A stretch of 64,000 nucleotides of DNA, taken from assembly GCA_002269645.1 (NCBI GenBank), contig NIVC01002593.1, positions 11,574 through 75,573 of the forward strand, read 5' to 3'. Source of the stretch: Macrostomum lignano (Eukaryota). Below, in pieces: positions 48,471-61,669 of this stretch; position 1 is the first letter of the stretch, and the number at the start of each line of letters is the position of its first letter. A program made the position numbers and the translations under genes. The notes below the pieces were generated by a model. It searched no databases. It saw only the letters and a program-made list of their open reading frames with translations, and was not told the origin of the DNA.

Positions 48471-50789
48471 CTCTTTCTTTCTTTCATTCCTTTTCCCTCC
48501 GTCTCTCCGGCCCCTTTGCTTTAACCTCCCTTTCTGACGTGTTTTGATTGGACTGATCATCCGTGACTGCAGCCGCCGCCGTGACCATCCGACGACCACC
48601 GCGCCAAATAGCCCTGCCCGTCGGCCGCGTCTGTAAGGTACTCGTATTTTTCCTCTGTTGCGCTGCCCTTGGGTATCGTTAGCCCGGTCTCCCCCCATTG
48701 CTCACGATTTCTTAATCTTTTAATCTTAACTTATTCCGTTTTTCCGAACTGTTAGGGCCATAGTTCAAGGCGTTAGCTATTGAACTCTGTTGCTTCTGTC
48801 TGTTTACACTTATTTACCAGGAATCGTGGTATGAAGCGTGAGTAGTGAGTGCGCCTGTCACAGGGCATGGAATGGAAGCTGAGTGTGACGGCTTGAGTTT
48901 TTGTACATCTTTTAGTGTACCGTCGTTGTAAAAGTCTTTTTGCAAAGTAATTATTGGCATTTAATTATTCTATTTAATTGTACATTTGCACGCATTGTTT
49001 GACATGTTAAGCAGATTAAGTTTACGGAAGATCACCGAGTATGAGCCGAATTCAACCGAAATTCATAGCAGTAACAATATTTCTAAACAAGTCCCTTCAG
49101 GATGTGCACCACAAGAGAGCTCTGGAACCTGCAATTCCCCATTCCCTGCAGCATCGAACCCATCTAAGGAGGATGACACAAAAATGGCGTTACCTATTAT
49201 TTGACCTTGGGATCCTGGGGCGTAAGAGGGAATCGTAGACTTAAAATCGCTCACCATGCAGCTAAACAACCCCCCTATGCAAAAGTCCTCGTTTCCTTGT
49301 ATGCCTCGCATAGAGTCCCTTTTAATCGGCCATTTCTAGTACAGTTGGGGTCAAGAACCTTTGTCTGTTACAGACCGGGAGTTAACGTCTAGTTATGGGA
49401 GTTTTTTACCGCGGGTGTACTCCCGCAACAGGTGACTGGTGGCGGCCGCGCCTCTGGCGTGTACCTTAAACAACCTGGTGTTAGGCTTTCTGTCCACCGT
49501 TGTTCAATTTATCCGGCGGACATCGCAAAGCAAAATCATTATCGCTTTGTGATAACCTACCCTGGATAATCCAAGGCACAACAAAATCTGGCTTTGAAAT
49601 ATCCTGGGTCTTAAATTTTTCGGGGTGAATAAAGATTGGGGTGGCAAGTTGGTCAAATTATTTACCTGCTGAGGCGCATATCAATGTGTGGGGCAGAAGA
49701 ACATTTCATTAAGAGAGAATGGGCTGACACAGAGGGCTGGGGAGGGGCAGATAAGGTGCAGTCTAAGAATAAATCGATAAATAGACTGGCGTCACATTGC
49801 TTTCACTACAAACGTACATGCAATGAAGATCAGTGTACGAGCTAATAGCCACAAAGGAATGTGTTGTGAAAGTTGAGTGACTGACAGAGTGAGGTCTGCA
49901 GAGTGAGTGACAGAGTGAGGTCTGCAGAGTGACTGACACAGTAAGGTCTGCATATACTCGTAATAGCTCGTACACTTACGAGCTAACTTTTCAGATATAG
50001 GTCGAGTATATTTCTTGTCCAAGTGCTACTACGTTCTGGAATTTTTTGTCTCGATGGCTAAAGTAACCGCTTAATCAAGTGTTTTTTACGTTCTGAACGA
50101 CAAGTATGTTGAGCAGTCGAAACATTCCAGAACAAAAGAGAATCTACGAGTAAAAAGAAAGATCAGAGAAAAGAGCATTCTTACACTTTTCGTAAAGGTT
50201 CGTCGTACTATTGATGAGGACGCACTTTTTTCCAAACTTCACGCTCGCACATGGGCTCCAAACTTACTAGCCTATACTAACAACAGGCTATGGGCATCTT
50301 TTCTTCTCTTTATGTAATTTTCCTAGAATTCATACTAGTTATATGATTTTGCCATACTTGTAGTTATAATAACATAGGTGCGGCTTTTGGGTCATAAATC
50401 ATTGCTTTCGAGCTGGCCTGAGAGCCACCTGCGCCTCACTCAATGCTGAGACTGGCGCCAGATGGTCTGAGAGGATGCGGGTGGCAGCTTTTTCTCTTCA
50501 TTTTGACAGGCCATCAAGATTTATGAGGTCAGGGCCTATTATTTTCGTGTTTACTCAAGCGTGTGACAGCTTTGACAACTATGCGTTTTGGCCCTAAAAG
50601 TACGTTGGGATTAGCGATTAGCGATTTCTCTTCATTATCTACTTAATAAGAGCTTTCTAATGTATATTTTTTCATTAATTTTTGTCATTCCTATGCGAAA
50701 GGTCATAAATCAATATGTAGCGATTTTGAGTGATTTATGACCGCACCTGGCGTATTTTTATGGCCCCGAGGGAACTGATAGGATCTTCT

Positions 50790-50925
50790 GGTCACGTGAG
50801 TTTGGGTGGCAACAAGCTCAGCCAATCAGAAAATTCGACGTGCGTTATAACAAATCGGCTCAGCCAATCAGCGTCAAGGTGTTCCATTATAACAAATTGC
50901 GGTCCAGTTGGTGGCTATATAAAAC
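50790..50925 (+). promoter_or_regulatory. E-box, two CCAAT boxes and a TATA box
   Basis: gtcacgtg near 50791, agccaatcag at 50820 and 50862, ctatataaaa at 50915. Confidence 0.5.
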
Positions 50926-50989
50926 GGCGTTTTTGGCCCGCTCGGACTCAACTTCCTGCTCCGCCTCCTGGAACTTTGGCCTAACTTAG

Positions 50990-51310
50990 ACCTCCTAACT
51001 TAGTCAAGAAGACGATTGCCGACGCCAAACGCGAGAGCTGGAGGACCTTCGCCGGCGAGGTGGCAGTCGACAGCGACTACTCCAAGATCTGGAGAGTTGT
51101 CCGCTCCCTCGACGGCAGAAATAGCAACCTGCAGCGGGACGCAGCGCTCCGGGTTGGCCAGAAGACGCTCGTCCAGTCGAAGGACATCGCCGAGGCCTAC
51201 GCCCGTGAGTATTCCGCCATCAGCCGCCTCCCGCAAGACCGCAGGACGCGAGACCTACACCGCGAGAACTTTTGCAGCAGCGCTTCGCGAGCCGACGCTG
51301 ACAGCCATGT
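50990..51310 (+). mobile_element. Non-LTR retrotransposon ORF2 fragment (linker between endonuclease and RT)
   Basis: KTIADAKRESWRTFAGEVAVDSDYSKIWRVVRSLDG...DIAEAYAREYSAIS matches the typical AKR.SW..F / KIW / IA..FA..Y linker pattern. No RT core is present. Confidence 0.7.
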
Positions 51311-51384
51311 TTACTGCACTCGTTGGCCCTGTTTACCGGGAGAATCACGTGCTTTCGGACCCCTCCCTTCTCTAAGGAGAGGAG

Positions 51385-52020
51385 TGACTCATGTTGCTAA
51401 AAATAGCAACTGAGTCACAGCCGCGTGTACTCTGGCCGGAGACCTCAAGTGACGTCAGTTCTAAAATAGAACGAGTCACGAGGTCTGGCGCGCACTGAGA
51501 CTCTGCCCCGAGACCTCAAGTGACGTCAGTTCTAAAAATAGAACGAGTCACGAGGTCTTGTGCGTGGGTGTCTCCCGGCTATAAATAGGACCCCTCTCCC
51601 CTTGTTTCCGTCAAGGAGGCTTCTTATCTGCGGAGAATCCATCCACTAAGCTCCCGTGTGCATCAGTGTCTAACTAGGTGCCCTTTGCGTATACTGAATC
51701 TGCTTGTACTGGTCTGACTGAGACCCCACTAAAGTCCAACCTCAAGCCTACGAGAGGCTAACTCAGCCCTCCCTGAACCAACCAAACCCGGCAGGTGCTG
51801 CTGACGAGACGCCTTGTACGTTGAACTGCAAATCTGCACCCGGTGCTGAGTTCGTTGACTTCGTTATTTCGTTCCGACGGGAAGCTCACCTCATCGAAGG
51901 CCGAGACCTGAAGGAACTGGTGGCAGCACTACCTACGCTACTAAGAGTTAAGAAGGCTTCCGAGTGAGAAGACGGAGAGCCCAAGTCACTGCGCTGGACA
52001 TCAGGACAACCACAGGTACA
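51385..52020 (+). mobile_element. LTR-like segment with duplicated 71-bp enhancer unit, CRE and AP-1 motifs and TATA
   Basis: TGACTCA/TGAGTCA pair around a gttgct/agcaac hairpin, tgacgtca in both 71-bp units (51439, 51510), ctataaatagg near 51579. Ends and TSD could not be defined. Confidence 0.45.
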
Positions 52021-52888
52021 ACATAAGCATGGCACAGATGTTTGCCAATTGAAAAAGTAGCAAAAAGTTATTTTCTATTTCGTGAAAGTGATCTCTAAAT
52101 TTTGCTATTCTTAACCCCAGATATCAGTAGCCGGATGTCCTAAAGCAAACCTTTGTCTCAGCAGATTCTGCAACCTCAGCAGACTCCGCCCCTTTCAACC
52201 TACAGTCGGATGTCCTAAGACAACTTCCCCTACTTGTAATCTCCGGGGCGGATATAGCAGAGTCATGCAGTGTCGTGAGAGACACCTCAAGGTGCCCGGA
52301 CATTGCAAAGCAGCTCAAAATATCCGGGAAGGAGAAGCAAAGCAGGTTTTTTGCTTCACAGCATCCGGGCGGATATCGTAAGTGCGTTCGGATATCCGGG
52401 CCAGACAAGAAACCCGAATAGTCTAAAGTGTAACACCGGGCCCGCTGTCTAGATAATGGGATCTTGGCCGCAACAGGAGCTACCGCACCATCCAGAGGCG
52501 GACAAAGTCTAGGGGACAGGGCCTTTCAGCGCCAGAGGCCAAGGGTTGCACGTGTGTTTTCACGCGGTCTGGGTTACGTCATCATGTAGCACCAATTTGG
52601 CGAAAAAACCCAATGCTGCGTGTAGGCCACTTAATTAATAGAATCCATATCTGACTAGAAAATTCTGATCCCATTTTGCATCGGCGGGATGCATTTTACA
52701 ATTGTTACTGAGTGCAAACTCAAGAATACTCGCGCAAGCCTTTGAGAGCACCACGTGACTGGCCAGCTTGGGGACTCTAAACTGTGTAAACAAATTTTGT
52801 TTGATAATCGTCAGACTTCCTGGTTCTTACCCATAAAGTGCTCCCGTTATTTGAGTCCTGTCGTTTAGGACATGTAAACCGGCCGTAC

Positions 52889-53828
52889 GTTGCAGACGAT
52901 TTGACTGCGGGCAAAATGACTGCCGACAATTTGACGGCGGTAAATTTGACTGCGGACAATTTGACTGCCAAAAATGACTACCTAAAAACACTCCAGGCTC
53001 TTTATTCATGACCGTATTTATATGCAAAGCTAGCAAGGCTTTTTACATGAGCAAAAATGCAAGCTACATTTGGCTTTCAACAATACGTGCATGTATATCC
53101 ACTAATGTTCAAACGGATCCTCCACATGTAGCTGTGTTCAATGAATGCTGTTTATAGAGCTAGCCGCGCGCTAGCGTATCATTAACTTTAGCTTTGACTA
53201 GGCCTAATAAAGCTTTTCTGATAGGAGTATTTTTAAAAAATCTGAAAGAATCAATAAGATTCAAATATGAGATTAATGATATGGGAAAAAGAAAACTACA
53301 AACAGCATTCGTTGAACACAGTTACATGTAAAAAATCTGTTTGAACATTAGTAGCAATCTTGCGCCCCCCTTCGGGGCGGCCAATAAGCAACTCGAAATC
53401 GAAATCGAAGAAATTGCCCCCCGTAGGCCTTAACATCGCAAGACGTAAACTATTTTTAAATGACGCTTCTTTTATATTTTAGATGACGTTTCTTCTGTGT
53501 TACCTACCTTTACGCTGCTTTTATGGTTGATGAAGTTTCTTTTATGTTTTACATGACGGCTTTTGTGTTTGACATAACTTCGCTTCTCTTTTTTGACAAG
53601 ACGCTTCTTTTACTAATAGATATACATGCACGTATTGTTGAAAGCCAAATGTAGCTTGCATTTTTGCTCATGTAAAAAGCCTTGCTAGCTTTGCATATAA
53701 ATACGGTCATGAATAAAGAGCCTGGAGTGCTTTTAGGTAGTCATTTTGCTGGCAGTCATTTTGTTGGCAGTTAAAATGTCGGCAGTCAGATTGCTCGGCA
53801 AATTGTCCGCAGTCAATTGTCGTGCACC
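52889..53828. mobile_element. About 940-bp foldback element with ~210-bp TIRs (outer TTGACTGC subrepeats) and a second nested inverted repeat
   Basis: 52977-53099 is a near-perfect inversion of 53620-53742; outer arrays ttgactgcgg / ccgcagtcaa; inner arms at about 53100-53153 and 53298-53352. Confidence 0.87.
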
Positions 53829-55310
53829 CAGATTCTGCACTTACCGTATTATTTACACATACGCTCGTATTCCTTTATTCAATAGCAAAACGTTAACCTC
53901 AGTTTATTCCTTTACGCTGCCTAATTGCCGTAATCAATAGATCAATCATTTTCCTGTCTCATTTTGAGTCCGAATTGCTTCCTAAGCTTGGATAGTGAAG
54001 CTTTGGGAAGCTGTGGAGCAACTATGCTCTCGACGGCTCCCTCCCGGAGTGTTAGCATTAGAAAGCTGATGACGCAAAATCAGGATATAGGACCCTTCTC
54101 TCACACTGGGCTTCTGAAAACGATAGAAATTAATTTTTCCCTCATTACTCTCAGTAGTCTAGTATGCTATGTACCTTCGCCAATCACAGCCACAGTAGAT
54201 CTCCTTCAGAAAAGCCTTCTGGTTTATGCAACAGACTCGATAAAATGCTCTAAGCCAGAGTCCCATCTTCAGGTGAGGCTCTCTTCTGCTTGCTCAGAAC
54301 CTGCTGATCATCTATTACTCAAGCGAGGACAGAAAGGGCGAATTCATGATGACTGCAAACTCAATCTGTGCCCGCTTATAAATGCCCACACAGATTTGTC
54401 ACCATCCCATATACGAAGTACAAAAAACTGACACTAGTGTCACAAAACTGAAGATAAAAGTTGCAACTTCATTATTAAAATACGACCTTAAAACGGTTGC
54501 TCAGGAATGGGAAGCTTTAGCAAATACTCAGCTGGCGCTGCAGGCGATGCAAACGGGCTAGTGCCCAGTGGTTGGACTTGCTTTCCTGGAATTCTAAACA
54601 AACGGAATCCGGGTGCAGATGGCAACGAAACAATGAACACTTACTGCGAGTTCTTATGCCCTTGATCACGTTAGGTATACGAGTAAATGCCAGTTACGAG
54701 TTCTTTATTTTAATCTTACAACACAGTAGCAACAAACTTGCATTTACAAGTACACTGTTAGACATGTTAATTGGGACTAAATGATTTAACGTATTCTGGA
54801 TTCAGAATGCAGCTATAAAAATTAAGAACGGATTCAAATTCCCCAAACAGCGAAGCTCAAAGTTGTAGAAAAAGCACATACGAATTACAGTTGGACTAGG
54901 CAAACCTATTCCAGTGGCAGCTCGCGAGAGAGTAAGCAGAACGACCAGACAAGCTGGGCTAGGGTTAGGCTACCAGCCAATTTTAAATTAAAGACTCCTG
55001 AAATTGCTGAAACAGGAGATAAAATAGGAAGGCCGTTTTCCTTAGCCGAAACTAGCAGCGACTCAGCTATATATTTTATAAACTTAACCGAGCAGTATAC
55101 TAATAGTAAACTAATAACGCTCATCATTTCGGACACAGTTAAAAAAATGAGACAATTATGTTATTACTCATCTGCATTTTAAACTTGAATGTTTCAACGA
55201 AGCGCACGGTTCAGAGTCAGTTCTTGATTCACAAATAAACTCTGCTCAGTTCTGCAATAAATGAAAGCAGCAGCCAGCTCACGAGTTAGCTGCAGAATCC
55301 AGCACACTCC

Positions 55311-58165
55311 TTACTCCGGCTCCGTGAAACGGTATTCCTCATAGGCCTTGCGCAGCATCGGTCGGCAGGCAATACGTGAGCGCAGCCTGGCGCAGAGCAG
55401 GAATGCTCCAGACAATTTCCTATGCAGCGAGTAGCTCTCCTCAGGCGGCGGGGTTAGCCGGTGCCGAAGCATGGTTGGTATCAGGCCGTGAATTGTCCGC
55501 GTGGTTGACTGCTGGCCAAAGTCGAAGAGTCCTTCAGAGGCGAAAGGCTCGCCGAGGGCCAGCACAGCGTCCGTATGGGCCTGGTTCATCTCGGCACTCT
55601 CGAAGCCGGTGAGAAAGCCGAGGCGCTGGGAGTAACGCAAAATGCGTGAATGGTCCCGCTCAGCAGCCCAATAAATCACTCGCAGGTAGTTGTCCACGAA
55701 TCTTCAATGTAATAAGACGGCTTCTGTGTAAAATTCAGTTAAGTTTGCTTTATTGATCTGGCTATTTATTAACGTGCAAATTCAATCGGTGAAGTTGCAA
55801 GTTTGCAGACGTTCCGAGAACTCCAGTTCCTGCTGCAATACTTACTTGGCCGCGTACTCTCGGCTGGCGCCAAAGTCCAACAGCACGAGCCGCTGGCTGG
55901 CGCTATCGCGACCAGCAGGCTGGTAGAGAAAATTCGCCCAGTTCGGGTCAGTCTGCATAAAACGGAACTCGAACAGCTCGCGCAAGCACAGGGACAGCAG
56001 GGTACTGCCCAGCCAGTCCCGCTCCGCCTGATCAGCCAGATGGATACATTCGTCAAGCTGGAGGCCGCTGACGAACTCCGTTGTGAGAACTCGCCGCGTT
56101 GAAAGATCGGGCAGAACACGAGGCACAGATAGGTGTTGACTGTCGGAGAGCAGTTTCCGGAATCGCTCGCTGCACTCGGCCTCGCGCTGGTAGTCGCACT
56201 CCCAGGCCAGCTCACGCCTTGCCACCGCAATAGCGCTGTCTGCGTACAGCCCGGCTGGCAGAATCTGCATGGGCCACGCGAATTAAATGAGTAAGCAAAA
56301 TTTGCTTTCACACATTTTACGGATAGATGCGCTCTAAATGTTTTCTCTGGAGGAGGATTGCAGATAGATGCGCTCTTAATGTTTTCTCTGGGAGGATGCC
56401 ATTAAAACAATAACATAATAACATAACATAACATAAAAGCACTGATTAAGCTCATTAAGTTACTCACCTGCCATACGCGCAGCAAATGCATCAGGTTTTC
56501 AATGTCGGACTCGATGCTGTCGGCTACTCCCGGATACTGCACCTTCACGGCCACCTCTTGACCATCTGACAGGCGGCCATAGTGCACCTGGCCTGTAGTA
56601 TAAGGGGCGAATGTACGCTGGCTCTAAATTACATTGTCTATTATATTGCATATCAAAGTGCTGCTTAGCAAAGCAATCATCATAGGTCAATCATTGTTTG
56701 ACAAACCTATCGAAGCAGCTGCGAACGGTTTATCATTAAACTCGGCAAACTTCTGTCGCCAGTCGGAACCCAGCTCGGAACCCAGCACCCGGTGGGTCTG
56801 CTGTGTCGGCATAAAGTCGGCTGAGCGGCGCACTCTATCGAATATGTCCAATAGGCGCGGGTCAACCAGCGCCTCGTCCTGCAGGCTCACCATCTGGCCG
56901 AGCTTCAGCGCCGCGCCACGCACACGACAAAGCGTGGAAACAATGCGGTCAGCGTTGGCCGGGGTGAGCAGACTCGCGCTAGACTGCGCAGACTCCTGGC
57001 CGATGGCTCGCCTGGCCAACTCGCTAGCGGTGCCAAGGCCCAGGCCCACGGCCAGGCCGCCAAAGCTGGCCAGCCTGCCAAGCCGGGAGGCGGGCACTCG
57101 GCGCGGCTGCGACCTGGGCGACAGCGCTGGCACAGTCTGATGACGCCGCGCCTCCCGGTCAGTAGTGGGGGATGATGGCTTTTCTCTAATGGGCGCGGAT
57201 TCCTGCCGAGTCCCAGAATCATCAGCTGATGATGACGCCGACCGGTGTTTTTTGAGGGAATCTGGCTGGACGCCCTCACCAGACGCGTTGCCATTGGTGT
57301 TGGCTGTGACTGTAGGGTAGCCGAGCGACCTAGCCAGCCGGCGCCGACCAGCTGGGGAGGCAGCCAGGTGCCGAGCCACAATGCTGGACTGTTTTGCTAG
57401 TAAGTCTACACGACGCAGGGCAAAATCCTGCAGGGCAAGGGAGGCAGTAGCAGCCTAAGTTATGCCTACTTTCAAAGCCATAGCAATTAGCTGGTCTGAG
57501 CTGCAATTTGCAGCCAGCTGGATGAAGAGTTGAATACCATGAAGATAAAGGTAGGTAAGGTAAATACCATGAAGGTAAATAAATTGCAATCAATGTTAAT
57601 TTACAAAACACCAAATTGAAGCTGTACTGACACAACCGGCCAACTCAAAATACTCGTAGTATTGATAAGGAAATGCAGTTTTACACGTGAATTCGTAGTC
57701 CATCCGCTTGATTCGTTCGAAATTTGCTTCAGCTAGGCTCGGTACGTTCAAAAACATGCTTTTAGTTTATTCTAGTTGAAACACATTATATGTCAAGATT
57801 GACAGACAATCAGCAAAGGACTTACATGATATCTTGGGTTGCTTCTATTGTTTTGGGTATTTTTACTTTTATCTAACTCACTTAGCTTCACTAATCAGTA
57901 TAAAGTTGTATTTAAAATGATCAGAATGATCAGTTATTGACTCAAAAGAGTTACTTACAGCAGGATTGTCAATCTTGTACTTTGCCAGAAGCTCCTGCCA
58001 CTGGTAAGAACAGGCTTTAGTTTGTTTTGCCGCATCCAATAGCAATTGCTGAGTTGCATAGATAGCAGCAGGTGAGCATTGCCGTCTGTGGTAGCTGGCC
58101 ATAGCCTGGGCTAAGCACTGCAGGCCCCGAACCAGACCAGTCAGATCCTTGATTCTGGATCTCAT
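55311..58165 (-). CDS. COQ8: Atypical kinase COQ8 (ADCK3/ADCK4, UbiB family), about 636 aa
   Basis: Exons 58165-57959, 57517-57470, 57427-56707, 56592-56468, 56264-55846 and 55701-55311, with consistent phases. KxGQ motif (ALKLGQM), AAASIG|[23 protein letters not shown] and LDFGA. The two N-terminal exons are less certain. Confidence 0.92.
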
Positions 58166-61100
58166 TGAATCTGACAGTTGCTACAGCAACAGTTAAGCTA
58201 GTAATGAACCTAGAAATGCAAGCATAACAGATTTTAGATTCGAATAAACCAAATTCTTATCTTCCTTTGTCTCAGAGAAAGCAGCACCTTGAAATAGCTT
58301 GCTTGATTTTACTTTTCGATAAACTAAATAGTGACACTGGAGATACAGAGGATATGCAAGAAATTTCCACTGTAAATTTGAGTTGGTGACAGCCTTTAGG
58401 CATTTCTTTGGCATGGCATTTCTACTGGTGCAATGTCTACAGTATAATAATCCGAGGTTTGGTATAAATTGGTGTAAAATTGTAATTTCTTGTTTTTTAT
58501 TCTAGGCATTTATGAGATAGCCAAAAAGTAACAAGGTATATATTTTACAGGATTAATCCATTAAGAGTTTATACCACAGAGCATAATCCTAAAAAATCCC
58601 AACCTAAACTGTAAATCAGCACTTTTATTTTAAAATGCTCAAGAGGTTGCTGCTAAGGATGTGGGAGGTTTGATATAAACAATGGGAGAACAATGCCTGG
58701 TTGCTGCATAATGCAATAATGCACCAACAAACAAAGCACTTTCAGTGCAACATTTTTTGGCTCAAAACAAGTTGCACAGTTGAGATATCCACCATATTTG
58801 CTAGAGATAGCCACTTCTGGCTTTTTCTAAGGTGAAGCAGGCTTTTGGATCATGGATCATGGATCCATGGATCATGATTTGAAGACCTAGAAGACAAAGA
58901 GAAACATGACAAGGGTCTTCTTATAAAGCTAAAATCTAAAATCTATAAATCTATCTTGTTAATACAAAATCATAATAAATTTTTCATTACTTTTTTAGCT
59001 ACACTTTGAAGATCTTTGCAAGCCAATTAAATAGAATGACATAGAATAAAAAGCAAATATAAATAAAAAAGCTTATACAAATTGTGACATTAATAAAATT
59101 AGAGGGATTTATATTTTAAAAAGTGAACAAAAAAACGTAAATTTTAGCATAAAAGGGGCAATTCACTTGTGGGCATATTGCATAATAGGCAAATCTTGGT
59201 AGGAAAAGCTCAGTGGGCAATTCTTATGGACCCAATTTGTGACTGTGACTACTGACTATTAGTGACTATGATATTATTATACATTTATTTATTAATAAGC
59301 TCAATATGAAATAATCTTTGTTTTTACATTTTAATTATTGTACACATTTAACAAATAACAATATTAGTATTGATAGAATATAAAATAATGTAAATAGACA
59401 TTAGATGCTAATTGGGTTTAATCTTAAATCTTAATCAAATCTTGATCATCTCAAAAATATATTTCATTTAAATATCTTTAAAATACAACATTTTATATCC
59501 ATTTTATAGTTGATAGCTCCCTCTAGTAGACTAGGGGCCTATATAGGCCTAAAATGATTAGGCCATATGCTATAAAAAATTGTTTTGCATAATAAAAATG
59601 CAATAAAAATGTTAATAGTTTATATTTGTGCATTTTTAGCCTAGCTTAAGAAATTGAGTTTCTATCATCACAATATACTAAAAAAGGTCTACTAATAGGT
59701 TTCTATCTAGGTAAGTATATGATCAATTTTAGCAAAAAATGGCTAAACCAATTTTCTTTAAACTTGCACTTGTTGCAACTTTCTTAGTCATTTCTTTAGT
59801 TCACCTTCACTTGTCTCTGTTTACTGTTTTCCCTCTTTCTATATATTGATCTCTCACCTTTTCCATCTTCTGATTGGTCAGTCTCTCATTATTCTCTAAG
59901 CCTCTTATTCTCTCACCTGTTGCATACTCCATCCTCCTTACTTTGTCAGCCAACCCCCTCAGTTGAGCCTTCAACCTATCTTTTGCTGTATATAACGATA
60001 CTGCTATAAATCTAGAGTTCATATCTATCTATCTAGATAATCTAGAGTTCATATTATATCTGGGAGGAGGGGTGCTTATTGTTATATTGGGGGGGTTCAC
60101 TTGATCACTTTGGGGTCACTTTAGGGGGGAGATGCTGAAAGTTTAATTTATAATAATTAATTAATTAATTATTAATAAATTATAAATTAATAAATTATGT
60201 AATAAATTAATAACTATTGCAAAGATTTTAATGAACAATAAAAAAATTAATTAATAGTTAATAAAATATTTTAATATAAATTAATAAATTAGTATATTAA
60301 TAATTACTTAATAAACTATTTAATTATTAATAAACAAAATTATTAATTATAATTTATTTTGTTATAATTATTTGTTATAATATAAGTATTTTACGCGAAC
60401 TAATTTTTGTTTAAATTAGCAGTATATTTTAGTATAAAAAGAAACATTTTTGGTGGAGGAGAGACCAACCTCACACATTGCAGTTCCTTAAGAAAGAAAG
60501 CCAGTATTGAATAGTAAGAGTTCCGAGTAAACATTATTGATGATTGTTTTCTGAGTTATTCATTTACAAAGTAAAGTGAAATAGACTGAAGCATCTATGG
60601 TATATACTACTACTGACAGGCAGAAGTGTTAAGTAGTAGGAGAATACAAAGTAGATCCTAAATTAATATATGCAAGAATAACTGGAGGCTGTGACCTTCT
60701 GATCTTGGTAACATCCAGGATTGGACATACATGCAATACATATACCAGTAAGCCAATATACTGCTCAGGCTAGAATAACAGTAAATGCTACTGGAATAAC
60801 AGGGGAACAATACTTGTAAAGGCTAAATTGTATTTTAAGAACAATATACTTAACAAGTTCTCAAATATATACTCAGACAAATACTCAGATATGTTCTTAG
60901 ACTTATTCAAAGATGAATAAACTTATAATTTATTAATAGAATATAGACTTGGTGGCAGCTTTAGGATATTCAATAATAGGAATTAGAAAAGTAGCCCTAC
61001 AACAGCTAGTGGCATTACAACTTGGTGGCATTAGTGGAATAGCTAAAAAAGGGAAGCAAACCACTACAACAACTTTGGTGACATTGTGGGATTATTCATA

Positions 61101-61669
61101 AAGACAGAAGGTTAGCCCTACAACAATATAGTTGCATTATATAAAAGCTATAGATGGTTTGTAATTTCTAAATGAAAAAAATAGTGGCTTGAGTTACTTG
61201 GGATAAGCAAATTATTAAGCTTTTAAGAAATTGCCTAAATTTTTTTTGGATTTTTAGGTTATTCATATCAAAGAGCTTGCATGCATGGCAGCTGTGTTCA
61301 CCTAGTGTTTTAATTGTATGCATGGCAGCCATATCTTAATATACAATAAGTCATATATTGGTCTTGATAGGTCTTAATACCTGTTTGATTGCCTGTTGGA
61401 AAATGTGAAAATGCATAATTTATTGGCATTTAGCAGCCGTAAATTTTGTTAAAATAGTTTGAGAATGCTTTTAAGAGTAATATTAAATGTCAAAGTGCAG
61501 CTGCAATTATACTAGCTATTGTAAAATCTTTTTTGATATAGATCAGTGGCAGATGACACAGATGTTGCGCCTGTTTGCTTCAACATTACTACAATTAGAT
61601 CTGTGCAAACTGTACAGGTGGACAAAGTTGAGGGGAAGAAAGGTGGGTGTGTAAGGTTAGGATAAAGCA

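Noticed and set aside
51801-51830. CTGACGAG in the LTR-like segment as a Penelope-type hammerhead
   Set aside because: It is followed by GAAC rather than GAAA and has no convincing stem II.
53964-55136. ORFs of 155, 70 and 76 aa downstream of COQ8
   Set aside because: Composition matches non-coding DNA and no motif was recognised.
59807-60022. 71-aa coiled-coil-like ORF
   Set aside because: Isolated in CpG-depleted AT-rich DNA with no supporting exons; possibly a decayed repeat.
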